From positions 22,230 through 86,229 of IMG/VR virus record IMGVR_UViG_3300042890_000947: 64,000 nucleotides of DNA; one strand, given 5' to 3'. Positions 35,717 through 44,105 of this stretch are shown one piece after another. The stretch is from a virus. Numbering within the stretch: the stretch's first letter is position 1; each line of letters starts with the position of its first letter. Both the position numbers and the translations under genes were made by a program. The notes beneath the pieces were generated by a model. The model searched no databases and had not been told where the DNA came from. It worked only from the letters and a program-made list of their open reading frames with translations.

Positions 35717-35890
35717 ATGCTAAACACACTCGTTGTATTAGTTCTAGTCGCTGCCGTTCTCTGGGTTCTCTGGGAAATGTGGCAGAATGGTTGGGATCTT
35801 AAGAAGGGTGGCGCTGCTATCGTAGCCGCTGCTGCTGCTTGGTGGGTCTGGGTTCACGATTCAGTATCTTCACTAATTTCTGGAATGTAA
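35717..35890 (+). CDS. Small Trp-rich two-TM protein (57 aa)
   Basis: GAGG RBS; MLNTLVVLVLVAAVLWVLWEMW..AAAAAWWVWVH. Confidence 0.6.
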   Translation: MLNTLVVLVLVAAVLWVLWEMWQNGWDLKKGGAAIVAAAAAWWVWVHDSVSSLISGM

Positions 35891-35906
35891 ATAAAGAACC
35901 GTCGTT

Positions 35907-36001
35907 GGCCCGTGACGGTATATAAATCCTCGGGGTGTAAGTTCCTGCCTTGACCCTTCCATAAGGAATCACTGATCGCAGTAACCGCTAACGGGCCTCC
36001 A
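35907..36001 (+). ncRNA. Candidate acceptor-stem RNA D ending in UCCA
   Basis: GGCCCGT/ACGGGCC-TCCA; internal pseudoknot TTCCT/AGGAA; no T or anticodon arm. Confidence 0.5.
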
Positions 36002-36009
36002 ATTTAAAT

Positions 36010-36208
36010 GCCGATTCCGACGGGAATCGGTCGAGTGCAAGGAAATGGCTGGACGCAAAGACCGGCTAACTTGGCTAGATGGTGTGGTGCCCGCGCGTGA
36101 TCTACGAGAGTAGAAGACGTGTCGTTTCCGACCAAGAAAATCTAGGCTGTCGCGTTGAACAGGTATCTGGGCCGTGACTTGTGGGTGTACCCGAATCCCA
36201 CCTCACCT
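36010..36208 (+). ncRNA. Candidate ~200-nt multi-stem ncRNA
   Basis: GCCGATTCC-GACG-GGAATCGGT, TGGCTGG/CCGGCTA, CTAGAT/ATCTAG, CTAC-GAGA-GTAG, GTGGG/CCCAC. Confidence 0.5.
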
Positions 36209-36228
36209 TATTAACTATAGGAGCATTA

Positions 36229-36726
36229 ATGCCTGGACCATTATGGGAAGCGACTAGAGACTTACACCATGCTTGTGAAGCGCATCCTGTTGGTGCTGCT
36301 ATGGCAAGTGGTAGTCCACCTATGAAATGGTATGCTGACTGGCTTTCCGCTCTTTACACTATACACTGGGAAGTTGATCAACATATTCCGAAAGTCATCC
36401 ATAGAACGGAAAGAGTTCAAAATGACTTGACAGCCACAAACTGTCCTGCTAATATAATACGTGCTGCTAACAAATATACCAATTCCTTGATAACGGAAAA
36501 AGATATTGCAGGCGCTGCTTATGTTCTTACTGGAGCGCACCTGATGGGCGGCGAGATTATGCGTAGGCGTCTTGTTGGTTATCCTACTACACATCTGGAA
36601 TGGGATGATCGTAAAGCTGCACTTGTGGAACTAAACAAGTTTAGAGAGCGTGAAGAGATTGCAGAGGAATCTAAAAACTGTTTTCATGCTCTTCTAAAGA
36701 TTATGGACGAAATTAAGGCCGATTAG
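36229..36726 (+). CDS. Heme oxygenase-like protein
   Basis: LWEATRDLHHACE (proximal His), YVLTGAHLMGGEIM. Confidence 0.75.
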   Translation: MPGPLWEATRDLHHACEAHPVGAAMASGSPPMKWYADWLSALYTIHWEVDQHIPKVIHRTERVQNDLTATNCPANIIRAANKYTNSLITEKDIAGAAYVLTGAHLMGGEIMRRRLVGYPTTHLEWDDRKAALVELNKFREREEIAEESKNCFHALLKIMDEIKAD

Positions 36727-36792
36727 CTCAGTGGTAGTAGCGTCTCGTTTACACCGAGAATGTCGGGAGTTCGAATCTCTCATCGGCTACCA
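36717..36792 (+). tRNA. tRNA-Val(TAC)
   Basis: TCTCG-TTTACAC-CGAGA. Confidence 0.92.
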
Positions 36793-36797
36793 ATAAC

Positions 36798-36879
36798 GCG
36801 GATATGGTGAAATGGCAGACACGCTAGTCTTAGGAACTAGTGCTTCGGCGTGGGGGTTCAAGTCCCTCTATCCGCACCA
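36798..36879 (+). tRNA. tRNA-Leu(TAG)
   Basis: CTAGT-CTTAGGA-ACTAG. Confidence 0.95.
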
Positions 36880-36884
36880 ACTAC

Positions 36885-36958
36885 GCCTCTATAGTATAAA
36901 GGTAGTACACGGCTTTGGTAAAGCCGAGACACAGGATCGATACCTGTTAGAGGCACCA
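36885..36958 (+). tRNA. tRNA-Thr(GGT)
   Basis: CGGCT-TTGGTAA-AGCCG. Confidence 0.9.
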
Positions 36959-36973
36959 TATAAATAGTTACAT

Positions 36974-37060
36974 GCTGGCTTGGCTGAACGGCTGAAGGCA
37001 ACGGTTTTGTAATCCGTCGGAGTAATCCCATTGCAGGTTCGAATCCTGTGGCCAGCACCA
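36974..37060 (+). tRNA. tRNA-Thr(TGT) with long variable arm
   Basis: Loop TTTGTAA; V region CGGAGTAATCCCATT; Ser/Leu-type D-arm. Confidence 0.8.
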
Positions 37061-37079
37061 TTTTTTTAGGAACTTAATA

Positions 37080-37574
37080 ATGATTAGAAAGCATCTCGAC
37101 CTAGACGCCGTTCGTGCGTTTATTCAATCACAATCTCCAGAAACAAAGGTATATCTTGGTGGCGACTCCGAACGCTTTCAAATCGATGGCGTGTGGTATG
37201 CTGACTACATCAATGTGGTAGTTGTTCATAAGAACGGCAAGAACGGTTGTAAGGTATTTGGTGGTATCGTGCGTGAGCGCGACTATGACCAGAACAAGGA
37301 CAAGCCACGGATGCGTTTGATGAATGAAGTAATGAAGACTGCTTCGCTATATCTGGAACTATACGATGTGCTTGAGGATCGTGAAACAGAAATCCACTTG
37401 GACATTAATCCAGACATGAAGCATGGTTCTTCATGCGTTATCAACGAAGCTGTTGGCTACATTCGTGGTATGTGTAACATCATACCTCTGGTTAAGCCAA
37501 ATGCTTGGGCCGCATCTTACTGTGCGGATCGATATAAGGACGCTATTCAACACGCACATAAGGCGGTAGCATAA
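37080..37574 (+). CDS. RNase H-like YkuK family protein
   Basis: YLGGDS, RLMNEV, EIHLDIN, VKPNAWAASYCADR. Confidence 0.8.
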   Translation: MIRKHLDLDAVRAFIQSQSPETKVYLGGDSERFQIDGVWYADYINVVVVHKNGKNGCKVFGGIVRERDYDQNKDKPRMRLMNEVMKTASLYLELYDVLEDRETEIHLDINPDMKHGSSCVINEAVGYIRGMCNIIPLVKPNAWAASYCADRYKDAIQHAHKAVA

Positions 37575-37771
37575 TGTTTATCAAGTTAACGAATATGGTT
37601 CCTGAACGAAAAGGTGATCCTCTATACCTCAATGTAAATCATATCAAGGTGGTATATGAGGATCACGTTGAAGGAGGCAGTCTTTTGACTCAAGTCCATG
37701 CAGAGAATGTTACATGGTCTGTCGAAGAAAGTCTTGGTGAAGTAATGAAGTTGATTGGAGAAGCAGTTTAA
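37574..37771 (+). CDS. FlbD-like small protein
   Basis: MFIKLT..LYLNVNHI..VEESLGEVMKLI. Confidence 0.5.
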   Translation: MFIKLTNMVPERKGDPLYLNVNHIKVVYEDHVEGGSLLTQVHAENVTWSVEESLGEVMKLIGEAV

Positions 37772-37772
37772 A

Positions 37773-38198
37773 ATGGCAAGATTTTTCGTTATGATTTGTG
37801 TTGTTATCTTCGCAATCTTTACGTTGGTTGTCGGAGCTAAAGCGGAAGTATTCATTACGATTGATAAGTCGGATCAAACAATGTATGTTGAAACTTTGAC
37901 CGATACATATGAATGGCCAATTTCTACGGGTCGAGAAGGATACAATACACCGTCTGGAGAATATCGTCCGTATCTACTTAAGAAACTTCACTATAGCAAG
38001 AAGTATGATAATGCGCCGATGCCTTGGTCAATCTTCTTTCACGAAGGATACGCAATTCATGCGACTGGCGAAGTAGAGCGTCTTGGATCTCCAGCATCTC
38101 ACGGTTGTGTTAGACTTGAACTGAGAAATGCTCGTTGGTTATATCGCCTAATAGATGAAAGTGGCAAAGAGAATACATATATACGTGTAATAGAATAA
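37773..38198 (+). CDS. L,D-transpeptidase (YkuD family)
   Basis: Signal/TM; ISTG..TPSG, APMP, AIHAT, ASHGCVRL. Confidence 0.9.
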   Translation: MARFFVMICVVIFAIFTLVVGAKAEVFITIDKSDQTMYVETLTDTYEWPISTGREGYNTPSGEYRPYLLKKLHYSKKYDNAPMPWSIFFHEGYAIHATGEVERLGSPASHGCVRLELRNARWLYRLIDESGKENTYIRVIE

Positions 38199-38199
38199 T

Positions 38200-38289
38200 G
38201 GAAGGTTGGCCGAGTGGTCTAAGGCACCTCACTGCTAACGAGACGTACCTTAATCGGTACCGAGGGTTCGAATCCCTCACCTTCCGCCA
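38200..38289 (+). tRNA. tRNA-Ser(GCT)
   Basis: Loop CTGCTAA; V-arm; G73. Confidence 0.92.
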
Positions 38290-38321
38290 TATAAATAGTG
38301 ATATAATTTAGAGGAAATAAA

Positions 38322-38765
38322 ATGGAAGAATTAGTAGAAAAGATGAAGGCGGTATTAGCAAGTACCTTTGCTGCTGGACTTAAAGCTCAGTCGTATCACT
38401 GGAATGTAATTGGTTCCGATTTCCCACAACTACATGATTTCTTCGCAACTATCTATGAGGACTATCAGGGTGCAGTAGATCCACTAGCGGAACACATTCG
38501 TCAGTTGGACGCTTTTGCACCTCAGACATTGACAAGGATGAAAGAATTGTCTATAATAATGGAGGATGAGAAAATTCCTACTGCGGAAAAGATGATTGCC
38601 AATCTTCAGACCTGTAACGAGAATCTTTCTAACTTAGTTATTGAAGCGTATGAAATGGCAGAAGCACAGAAGATGTATGGTCTTTCCAACTATCTTCAGG
38701 ATCGTATTACTGCTCAAATGAAACTTAACTGGATGATCAAGGCAACAATGGGCAAGAAGTCCTAA
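38322..38765 (+). CDS. dps: Dps ferritin-like DNA protection protein
   Basis: HWNVIGSDFPQLHDFF..DPLAEHIRQL; late TATAAATA at 38290. Confidence 0.9.
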   Translation: MEELVEKMKAVLASTFAAGLKAQSYHWNVIGSDFPQLHDFFATIYEDYQGAVDPLAEHIRQLDAFAPQTLTRMKELSIIMEDEKIPTAEKMIANLQTCNENLSNLVIEAYEMAEAQKMYGLSNYLQDRITAQMKLNWMIKATMGKKS

Positions 38766-38779
38766 AAAGGATATTTATT

Positions 38780-39448
38780 ATGAACGAACTTATGCAGATA
38801 CACCAAAATGTAGATCATCCATCAGACAAGTGGAGCAACTACTTTGACATTTACGAAAAGCACCTTAAAGATTATCGAGGTAAAAACGTTACACTAGTTG
38901 AAGTTGGTGTACAAAAAGGTGGATCATTGGATATGTGGCACACATACTTTGGGCCACATAGTAAAATTATTGGTATTGATGTGGATCCCGAGTGTGCCAA
39001 GTTAATATATCCAAATAAAAATATTAGTGTGACTATAGGCAATCAAGAAAGTCCTGCTTTTTGGGATGAGTTTTTGAGCAACAATACTGATATTGACATA
39101 TTCATTGATGACGGCGGTCATACGATGGGTCAGCAGATTGTGACTTTTGAAAAAGTTTTTCCTAAGCTGAAAACAGGAAGCATCTTTATATGCGAAGACA
39201 CTCACACATCTTATTGGCCTGAATTGGGCGGTGGTCTTAGAAGAGAATCATCATTCTTAGAATATGCTAAAGACTTTGTTGACGTTCTTCACAACAATTG
39301 GAAAAGAGAAACAACCGAATCTTTAGAAAAGAAAAGCGCCATGGCGTTTGATGGCTTATCTGGTCTATATTTCTACGATAGTGTGGTTGTTTTTGAAAAG
39401 TTTGGCAAACAACCTATGAATAGAATACTGATACCTGGCAAACAATAA
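38780..39448 (+). CDS. Class I SAM methyltransferase (sugar O-methyltransferase-like)
   Basis: EVGVQKGGSL, GIDVD, IDDGGH, EDTHTSYW. Confidence 0.8.
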   Translation: MNELMQIHQNVDHPSDKWSNYFDIYEKHLKDYRGKNVTLVEVGVQKGGSLDMWHTYFGPHSKIIGIDVDPECAKLIYPNKNISVTIGNQESPAFWDEFLSNNTDIDIFIDDGGHTMGQQIVTFEKVFPKLKTGSIFICEDTHTSYWPELGGGLRRESSFLEYAKDFVDVLHNNWKRETTESLEKKSAMAFDGLSGLYFYDSVVVFEKFGKQPMNRILIPGKQ

Positions 39449-39450
39449 TT

Positions 39451-40263
39451 GTGAAAAACAAATTATATTATCATATATTTTTGTCTGATGATTATGGTAC
39501 GTGGTCTTCCATTTTTATGGAACAAGTTAAACTAATGGAAGACCACAATCTAATTGACGCTCTAGATGAAATCAATATAGGTTGCGTATACACATCAGAT
39601 CACGCTAAGGAAACTTTTGAGCTTTTAGCGACCTCCATATTTAAAAATCCAAATATAACTTACTATCCTAATACTATAGGATCTAGTGAAGATGTATATT
39701 TCGATTCGAAACTAAATTCTTACTATCATTCGGCTGTTACTGAAAACGTAACTATGAAAAAGATATTTGATGATAGTCAGAAAGAAGACTTTAACATTTT
39801 ATATCTTCATAGTAAAGGTGTAACGTCAGTCGCAAGACATTTAAAAACACACAACATATTTGCTTATCTGTTATATTTCAATTGGAGACAATATTTACAA
39901 TGGGCAGTTATTGAAAATTGGAAAAAATGTGTCAGGGCTTTAGATAAAGGCTATGACATAGCATCCGCAAATTTTATGACTGATCCAGCTCCACATGTAA
40001 GCGGCGATATTTGGTGGTCAAAAGCATCATATATAAGAAATTTAGATGACCCTACTGAACTTGATTGGTATTTTAATATGAGAGAAAGGTCTCATAATCA
40101 GGATTTTAAATATAACGGATCTTTGAGACATAGAGATGAAATGTGGATTTGCTGTCGAAACAATTTCAAGTTTTATCATATACATCTTCTAGATGAGAAA
40201 GATAATCCCGCTTATAATATTCTGCCTAGAAAAAACTACACAACAACAGGAGAAAAGTCATGA
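39451..40263 (+). CDS. Glycosyltransferase-like protein, paralog of N-term of 682-2154
   Basis: YYHIFL, LYLHSKGV, WAVIENWK, HVSGDIWWSKASY, RHRDEMWI. Confidence 0.65.
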   Translation: MKNKLYYHIFLSDDYGTWSSIFMEQVKLMEDHNLIDALDEINIGCVYTSDHAKETFELLATSIFKNPNITYYPNTIGSSEDVYFDSKLNSYYHSAVTENVTMKKIFDDSQKEDFNILYLHSKGVTSVARHLKTHNIFAYLLYFNWRQYLQWAVIENWKKCVRALDKGYDIASANFMTDPAPHVSGDIWWSKASYIRNLDDPTELDWYFNMRERSHNQDFKYNGSLRHRDEMWICCRNNFKFYHIHLLDEKDNPAYNILPRKNYTTTGEKS

Positions 40264-40571
40264 GAAAGTTTATAGTCGCGGGAGTAGTTCTTTTGACTAT
40301 GCTTGCAGGATCCGTACCAGCCTATGCGGATAATTCCGAAGAAGTGATTATTGGAATTTTAGGCGGTGCTCTTGGCGGTTTAATTATCGGTGAGGCTATC
40401 GGTAATGGTAATCGTGTTTACGCTGCGCCACAATACTACCTACCGCCTCCTATTGTGTATGAAGAATATGTAGAACCAGCGCCAGTGCGTTGTGTATACA
40501 AAAAGAAGCGAGTATATAATCCGGAAGCGGATGAGTATGCTGTTGTAAAAAAGCGCGTATGTTATAGATAA
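40260..40571 (+). CDS. Exported protein with glycine-zipper-like segment
   Basis: Signal peptide; GILGGALGGLIIG; Pro/Tyr stretch. Confidence 0.6.
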   Translation: MRKFIVAGVVLLTMLAGSVPAYADNSEEVIIGILGGALGGLIIGEAIGNGNRVYAAPQYYLPPPIVYEEYVEPAPVRCVYKKKRVYNPEADEYAVVKKRVCYR

Positions 40572-40576
40572 GAGAC

Positions 40577-40598
40577 GGGCACCTTCGGGTGCCCTTTT
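40577..40598 (+). terminator. Rho-independent terminator
   Basis: GGGCACC-TTCG-GGTGCCC-TTTT. Confidence 0.9.
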
Positions 40599-40603
40599 GT
40601 ATT

Positions 40604-40792
40604 ATGAACCCATTCGAACAAAGAAGAGTAATCAAAGAAAAACGATTAGAAATCTGTAACTCCTGCGAACGCTATGATAAGGATCAGAAGCGTTGCAGGG
40701 AGTGCGGATGCTTTATGGAATACAAGGCTTTCATGCCATACACTTCTTGTCCTTTAGATAAGTGGAAAATATTGAATCTGGAAAAGACATAA
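40604..40792 (+). CDS. Small Cys-rich protein
   Basis: RLEICNSC..CRECGCFM..K..CPLDKW. Confidence 0.65.
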   Translation: MNPFEQRRVIKEKRLEICNSCERYDKDQKRCRECGCFMEYKAFMPYTSCPLDKWKILNLEKT

Positions 40793-40822
40793 ATAAGTAG
40801 AACCCTAATTTTGGATTGAAAT

Positions 40823-42130
40823 ATGTCTAGTACTGGCGCAAATAAATGGCAAAAATACTTTTCTAAAGGCGATGTGGCCACAGCTATCATTAAAGGTCCC
40901 GCAAAAATATATGATAGCACGAACAGCATAATTGATACTTTAGCTGACGGTACGTCTATAACTGTCCTAAAGATGAAAACTTTTTCTTCGAAATATGCCA
41001 TATCTTACACTAAAAGATCAAAAGCGGTTGAGGGTTTTGTTTCAGATAAAAACGTAGGCAAACCTATCGCTAAGAAAGGCGCTACAGAAAATTTAGGTGT
41101 TAGAGCGGAAACTCTTACCAAATTAGGAGTAAGAAAGCAGATTAGTTTTGGTGGTAAAAAAGTTGAATGTATGACATTCAATAGTCATGTAACGCTTATG
41201 CGCTCACTCATTAGTGGACTAAAAACTAATCCAAAAGTATCAGAAAGTATCGTTGAGGTTTTTGAAGATTTTGCAAAAACCAATTACACTACATTAAAGT
41301 GGCAAAAACAGATACCAGATTCTGATATCAATGAACTTGGCAAATACGCAGGCGAAATCATAATCGGGCTCTTAGGACTTAAAGGAAACAAAACTCCATT
41401 TAATACCAACTTCTATAAAGGAAAAGTTTTTAGTTTTTGTATTCCTACTGATCCTTCTTTTTCAGGCGTTGATAGTTTTTTTATTCTTGGAGATAAAACA
41501 ATTGTCCCTATCAGTTCAAAATATGGTGTTGGTGCTAAAGCATCTTTCTTTTCAAATCTACTGAACAAAGCAATAGACGCGGGTGTGCCTCCTAGAACAG
41601 TGATAGGTGAAGTTGTAGATTCTGCCAAAAGAGCAGGAGTATCATCATCATCATTAACATCAAAGCAAGGTTCAAAAGAAGTTTTGTATGAATATGGAGT
41701 TAGAAAAGTTTTGAACATGTCTAGAAATGCTGTTAAAGATCCGTATGCTGTATATACAAATGTAAAAACAAATGGTAAAAATACAAAGAAGTTATCACCT
41801 GAGGCAAAACTAGTTTTAGATAAGATTAAAGAAATGGCAGATAAAAAAATTGCTGATAAACTGCCTTTCTCTATGACTTCATTTTTTTCTAGATCGATGG
41901 CAGATAGATTAAATTCAGATGGTAAGTCTGTAGAAGCAATGATTGAAATTTTAGCTGGTAAAAATTTTTGGCAAGCTAACCTAGATATTATGGAATGGAA
42001 AAAAGGCAATATCAAATATAGAATGGTTTCTTCAGGCAAAGCATCAGTTCAAATTATTGGCTCTAAGTCTGCTATTGATGATATTGATGCGAAACAGGGT
42101 ATGGTCAATTATGAAGTAAGAATGCCTTAA
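40823..42130 (+). CDS. Late basic protein with possible PD-(D/E)xK-like nuclease fold
   Basis: CATAAATA upstream; KYAGEI..PTDPSFSGVDS..ISSKYG. Confidence 0.5.
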   Translation: MSSTGANKWQKYFSKGDVATAIIKGPAKIYDSTNSIIDTLADGTSITVLKMKTFSSKYAISYTKRSKAVEGFVSDKNVGKPIAKKGATENLGVRAETLTKLGVRKQISFGGKKVECMTFNSHVTLMRSLISGLKTNPKVSESIVEVFEDFAKTNYTTLKWQKQIPDSDINELGKYAGEIIIGLLGLKGNKTPFNTNFYKGKVFSFCIPTDPSFSGVDSFFILGDKTIVPISSKYGVGAKASFFSNLLNKAIDAGVPPRTVIGEVVDSAKRAGVSSSSLTSKQGSKEVLYEYGVRKVLNMSRNAVKDPYAVYTNVKTNGKNTKKLSPEAKLVLDKIKEMADKKIADKLPFSMTSFFSRSMADRLNSDGKSVEAMIEILAGKNFWQANLDIMEWKKGNIKYRMVSSGKASVQIIGSKSAIDDIDAKQGMVNYEVRMP

Positions 42131-42139
42131 GGATTAAAC

Positions 42140-43375
42140 ATGTTACAGTATCAAAACTATTTAACAGAATCAAAAGAAGGTAAAAACCTTCATCTAGAAC
42201 ACTTGGAGGACGAAGTACTCAATGGAGGAGTTACTGGAACAAGAGGTGCAATATCCTTTCTACAGTCTCTTCGTGATATGCTTGCTGGTCACGCTACTGG
42301 TAAGTCAGTGAACTTAACAACAAAGTGGGATGGTGCACCTGCCATCTTTGCTGGTATCAATCCAGAGAACGGCAAGTTCTTTGTTGGTACGAAAGGAATT
42401 TTTGCTCAAAACGCAAAGCTCAATTATACAAATGCTGACATTGATGCTAGTTATCCTGGTAAAGGACTAAATGACAAACTAAAAGTCGCTCTACGTTATT
42501 TGCCAGAACTTGGCATAAAAGGTGTGATGCAGGGTGATATGATGTTTACGTCTGCCGATCTTAAAACGGAAAAGATTGATGGAAGTTCTTATGTTACATT
42601 CCAGCCTAATACTATTGTTTACGCTGTTCCTGATAATACTGCTTTGGCTAAGTCTATAAAATCTGCGAAGATGGGTATTGTTTGGCACACAACATATAAT
42701 GGTGATACAATGGCCGATATGAAAGCATCTTTTGGTGCTGATATTGGTAGCATGAAGGTATCAAAGAATGTTTGGTATCGTGATGCTTCATTTGTTGATG
42801 CCTCTGGCACTGCTACATTTACCAAGCAAGAGACGGATGCTTTGAACGCCATTCTATCACAAGCTGGTTCATTGTTTAGAACAATATCTCCTCGGACGTT
42901 AAATACGATTGCTACAAATGACACATATAAGGTTACGATTAAAGCGTGGAACAATCTGAAGGTTCGTGAAGGAAAAGAAATTACAAACACCGCTACTCAT
43001 GTTGCTGGTCTTATTTCCAGTGTAGAGGAAAAATTAAACAAGTCTATATTAGAAGCTAAGAAAGCAGATACAAAACAGAAGCGACAAATGGAAAAGAAGC
43101 TCGTCATGGACTTCTATAAGTCAAATAAAAATGAGCTAAAGAAGATTTTTGACTTGCAAAACATCCTGGTTCGTGCTAAAAATATGATAGTCAAGAAACT
43201 ACAAGAAGTTCAGGACACAGTCGGAACATATCTCAGAACAGATTCCACTGGATTAAGAGTAACATCTCCTGAAGGATTTGTTGCCATTGACAAGATCGGT
43301 AAAGCAGTCAAACTGATAGATAGACTGGAATTTTCACAGGCAAACTTTAATGCCACAAAGAATTGGTCAAAATGA
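42140..43375 (+). CDS. Conserved T4-like protein with ligase/nucleotidyltransferase motifs (DUF6267-like)
   Basis: NLHLEHLED, TTKWDGAPA (KxDG), QGDMMF, PEGFVA, VKLIDR. Confidence 0.7.
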   Translation: MLQYQNYLTESKEGKNLHLEHLEDEVLNGGVTGTRGAISFLQSLRDMLAGHATGKSVNLTTKWDGAPAIFAGINPENGKFFVGTKGIFAQNAKLNYTNADIDASYPGKGLNDKLKVALRYLPELGIKGVMQGDMMFTSADLKTEKIDGSSYVTFQPNTIVYAVPDNTALAKSIKSAKMGIVWHTTYNGDTMADMKASFGADIGSMKVSKNVWYRDASFVDASGTATFTKQETDALNAILSQAGSLFRTISPRTLNTIATNDTYKVTIKAWNNLKVREGKEITNTATHVAGLISSVEEKLNKSILEAKKADTKQKRQMEKKLVMDFYKSNKNELKKIFDLQNILVRAKNMIVKKLQEVQDTVGTYLRTDSTGLRVTSPEGFVAIDKIGKAVKLIDRLEFSQANFNATKNWSK

Positions 43376-44058
43376 AACTGAATGATTATCTAAAAGAGCA
43401 TAAAAAAGAAGTTCGGACTTTAAACGTTTGGGACATCGATGATACTTTAGGTAAAACCTCTGCGAAAGTAAACATCAAAAAGAATGGCAAAGTTATTAAA
43501 TATCTTTCCCCTGGTGAGTTTAATTCATATAAGCTTGAAAAAGGTGAAGAGTTAGATTTTTCTCAGTTTCGTTCTGGTAAAATCTTTCGTGAAACATTTA
43601 AGCCCATCAGCAATGTTCTGGATAAGGCCAAAAGTATCGTATGGAATCAGTCAGAAAATTCTCATTCAATTATCATTACTGCCCGAGCAGATTTTGATGA
43701 TCACAAAGAGTTCTTAGAAGCATTTCGTGATCATGGATTCCCTATCGATCATGTATATGTTGAACGTTCTGGCAATCTATCAAAGTTAAAGCCAAGCTCA
43801 CCAGCACATATCAATAAGGGTGTTATTCTAAAGAAGTATCTGGCCAAAGGTAAGTGGGATCGTATTCGTATGTGGGATGACCATGAAAAGAATCTGGATA
43901 TGCTATTCAAAGTAGCTGCGATGTATCCTGATGTAGAAGCTGTTGGATATCTTGTAAAAGATGGTAAAGTGAGCAAGTATTTACCTAAGAAAGCACTGGC
44001 CGAAGGTATTATTTCAGTTGCCAAATCGACAAGAGTGCGTAAACTCTACGAAAGTTAA
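43372..44058 (+). CDS. HAD-superfamily phosphatase-like protein
   Basis: WDIDDTL, IITAR, conserved K, MWDDHEKNL. Confidence 0.7.
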   Translation: MKLNDYLKEHKKEVRTLNVWDIDDTLGKTSAKVNIKKNGKVIKYLSPGEFNSYKLEKGEELDFSQFRSGKIFRETFKPISNVLDKAKSIVWNQSENSHSIIITARADFDDHKEFLEAFRDHGFPIDHVYVERSGNLSKLKPSSPAHINKGVILKKYLAKGKWDRIRMWDDHEKNLDMLFKVAAMYPDVEAVGYLVKDGKVSKYLPKKALAEGIISVAKSTRVRKLYES

Positions 44059-44105
44059 AGTTTACTAAATAACTCTATAGATTAACATTCCTATAGAGGG
44101 AAGTA

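Noticed and set aside
17082-37061. Track ORFs overlapping tRNAs (e.g. 17082, 29024, 31565, 31859, 33615, 33727, 34303, 36858)
   Set aside because: Translations of tRNA sequence on either strand, not genes
29059-38289. Stop-codon reassignment or suppressor tRNAs
   Set aside because: No CTA/TCA/TTA anticodons; core genes are full length in the standard code
41413-42039. Long minus-strand ORFs (also 14514, 18908, 20903, 28188, 56761)
   Set aside because: Antisense shadows of well-supported + strand genes with no recognisable motifs
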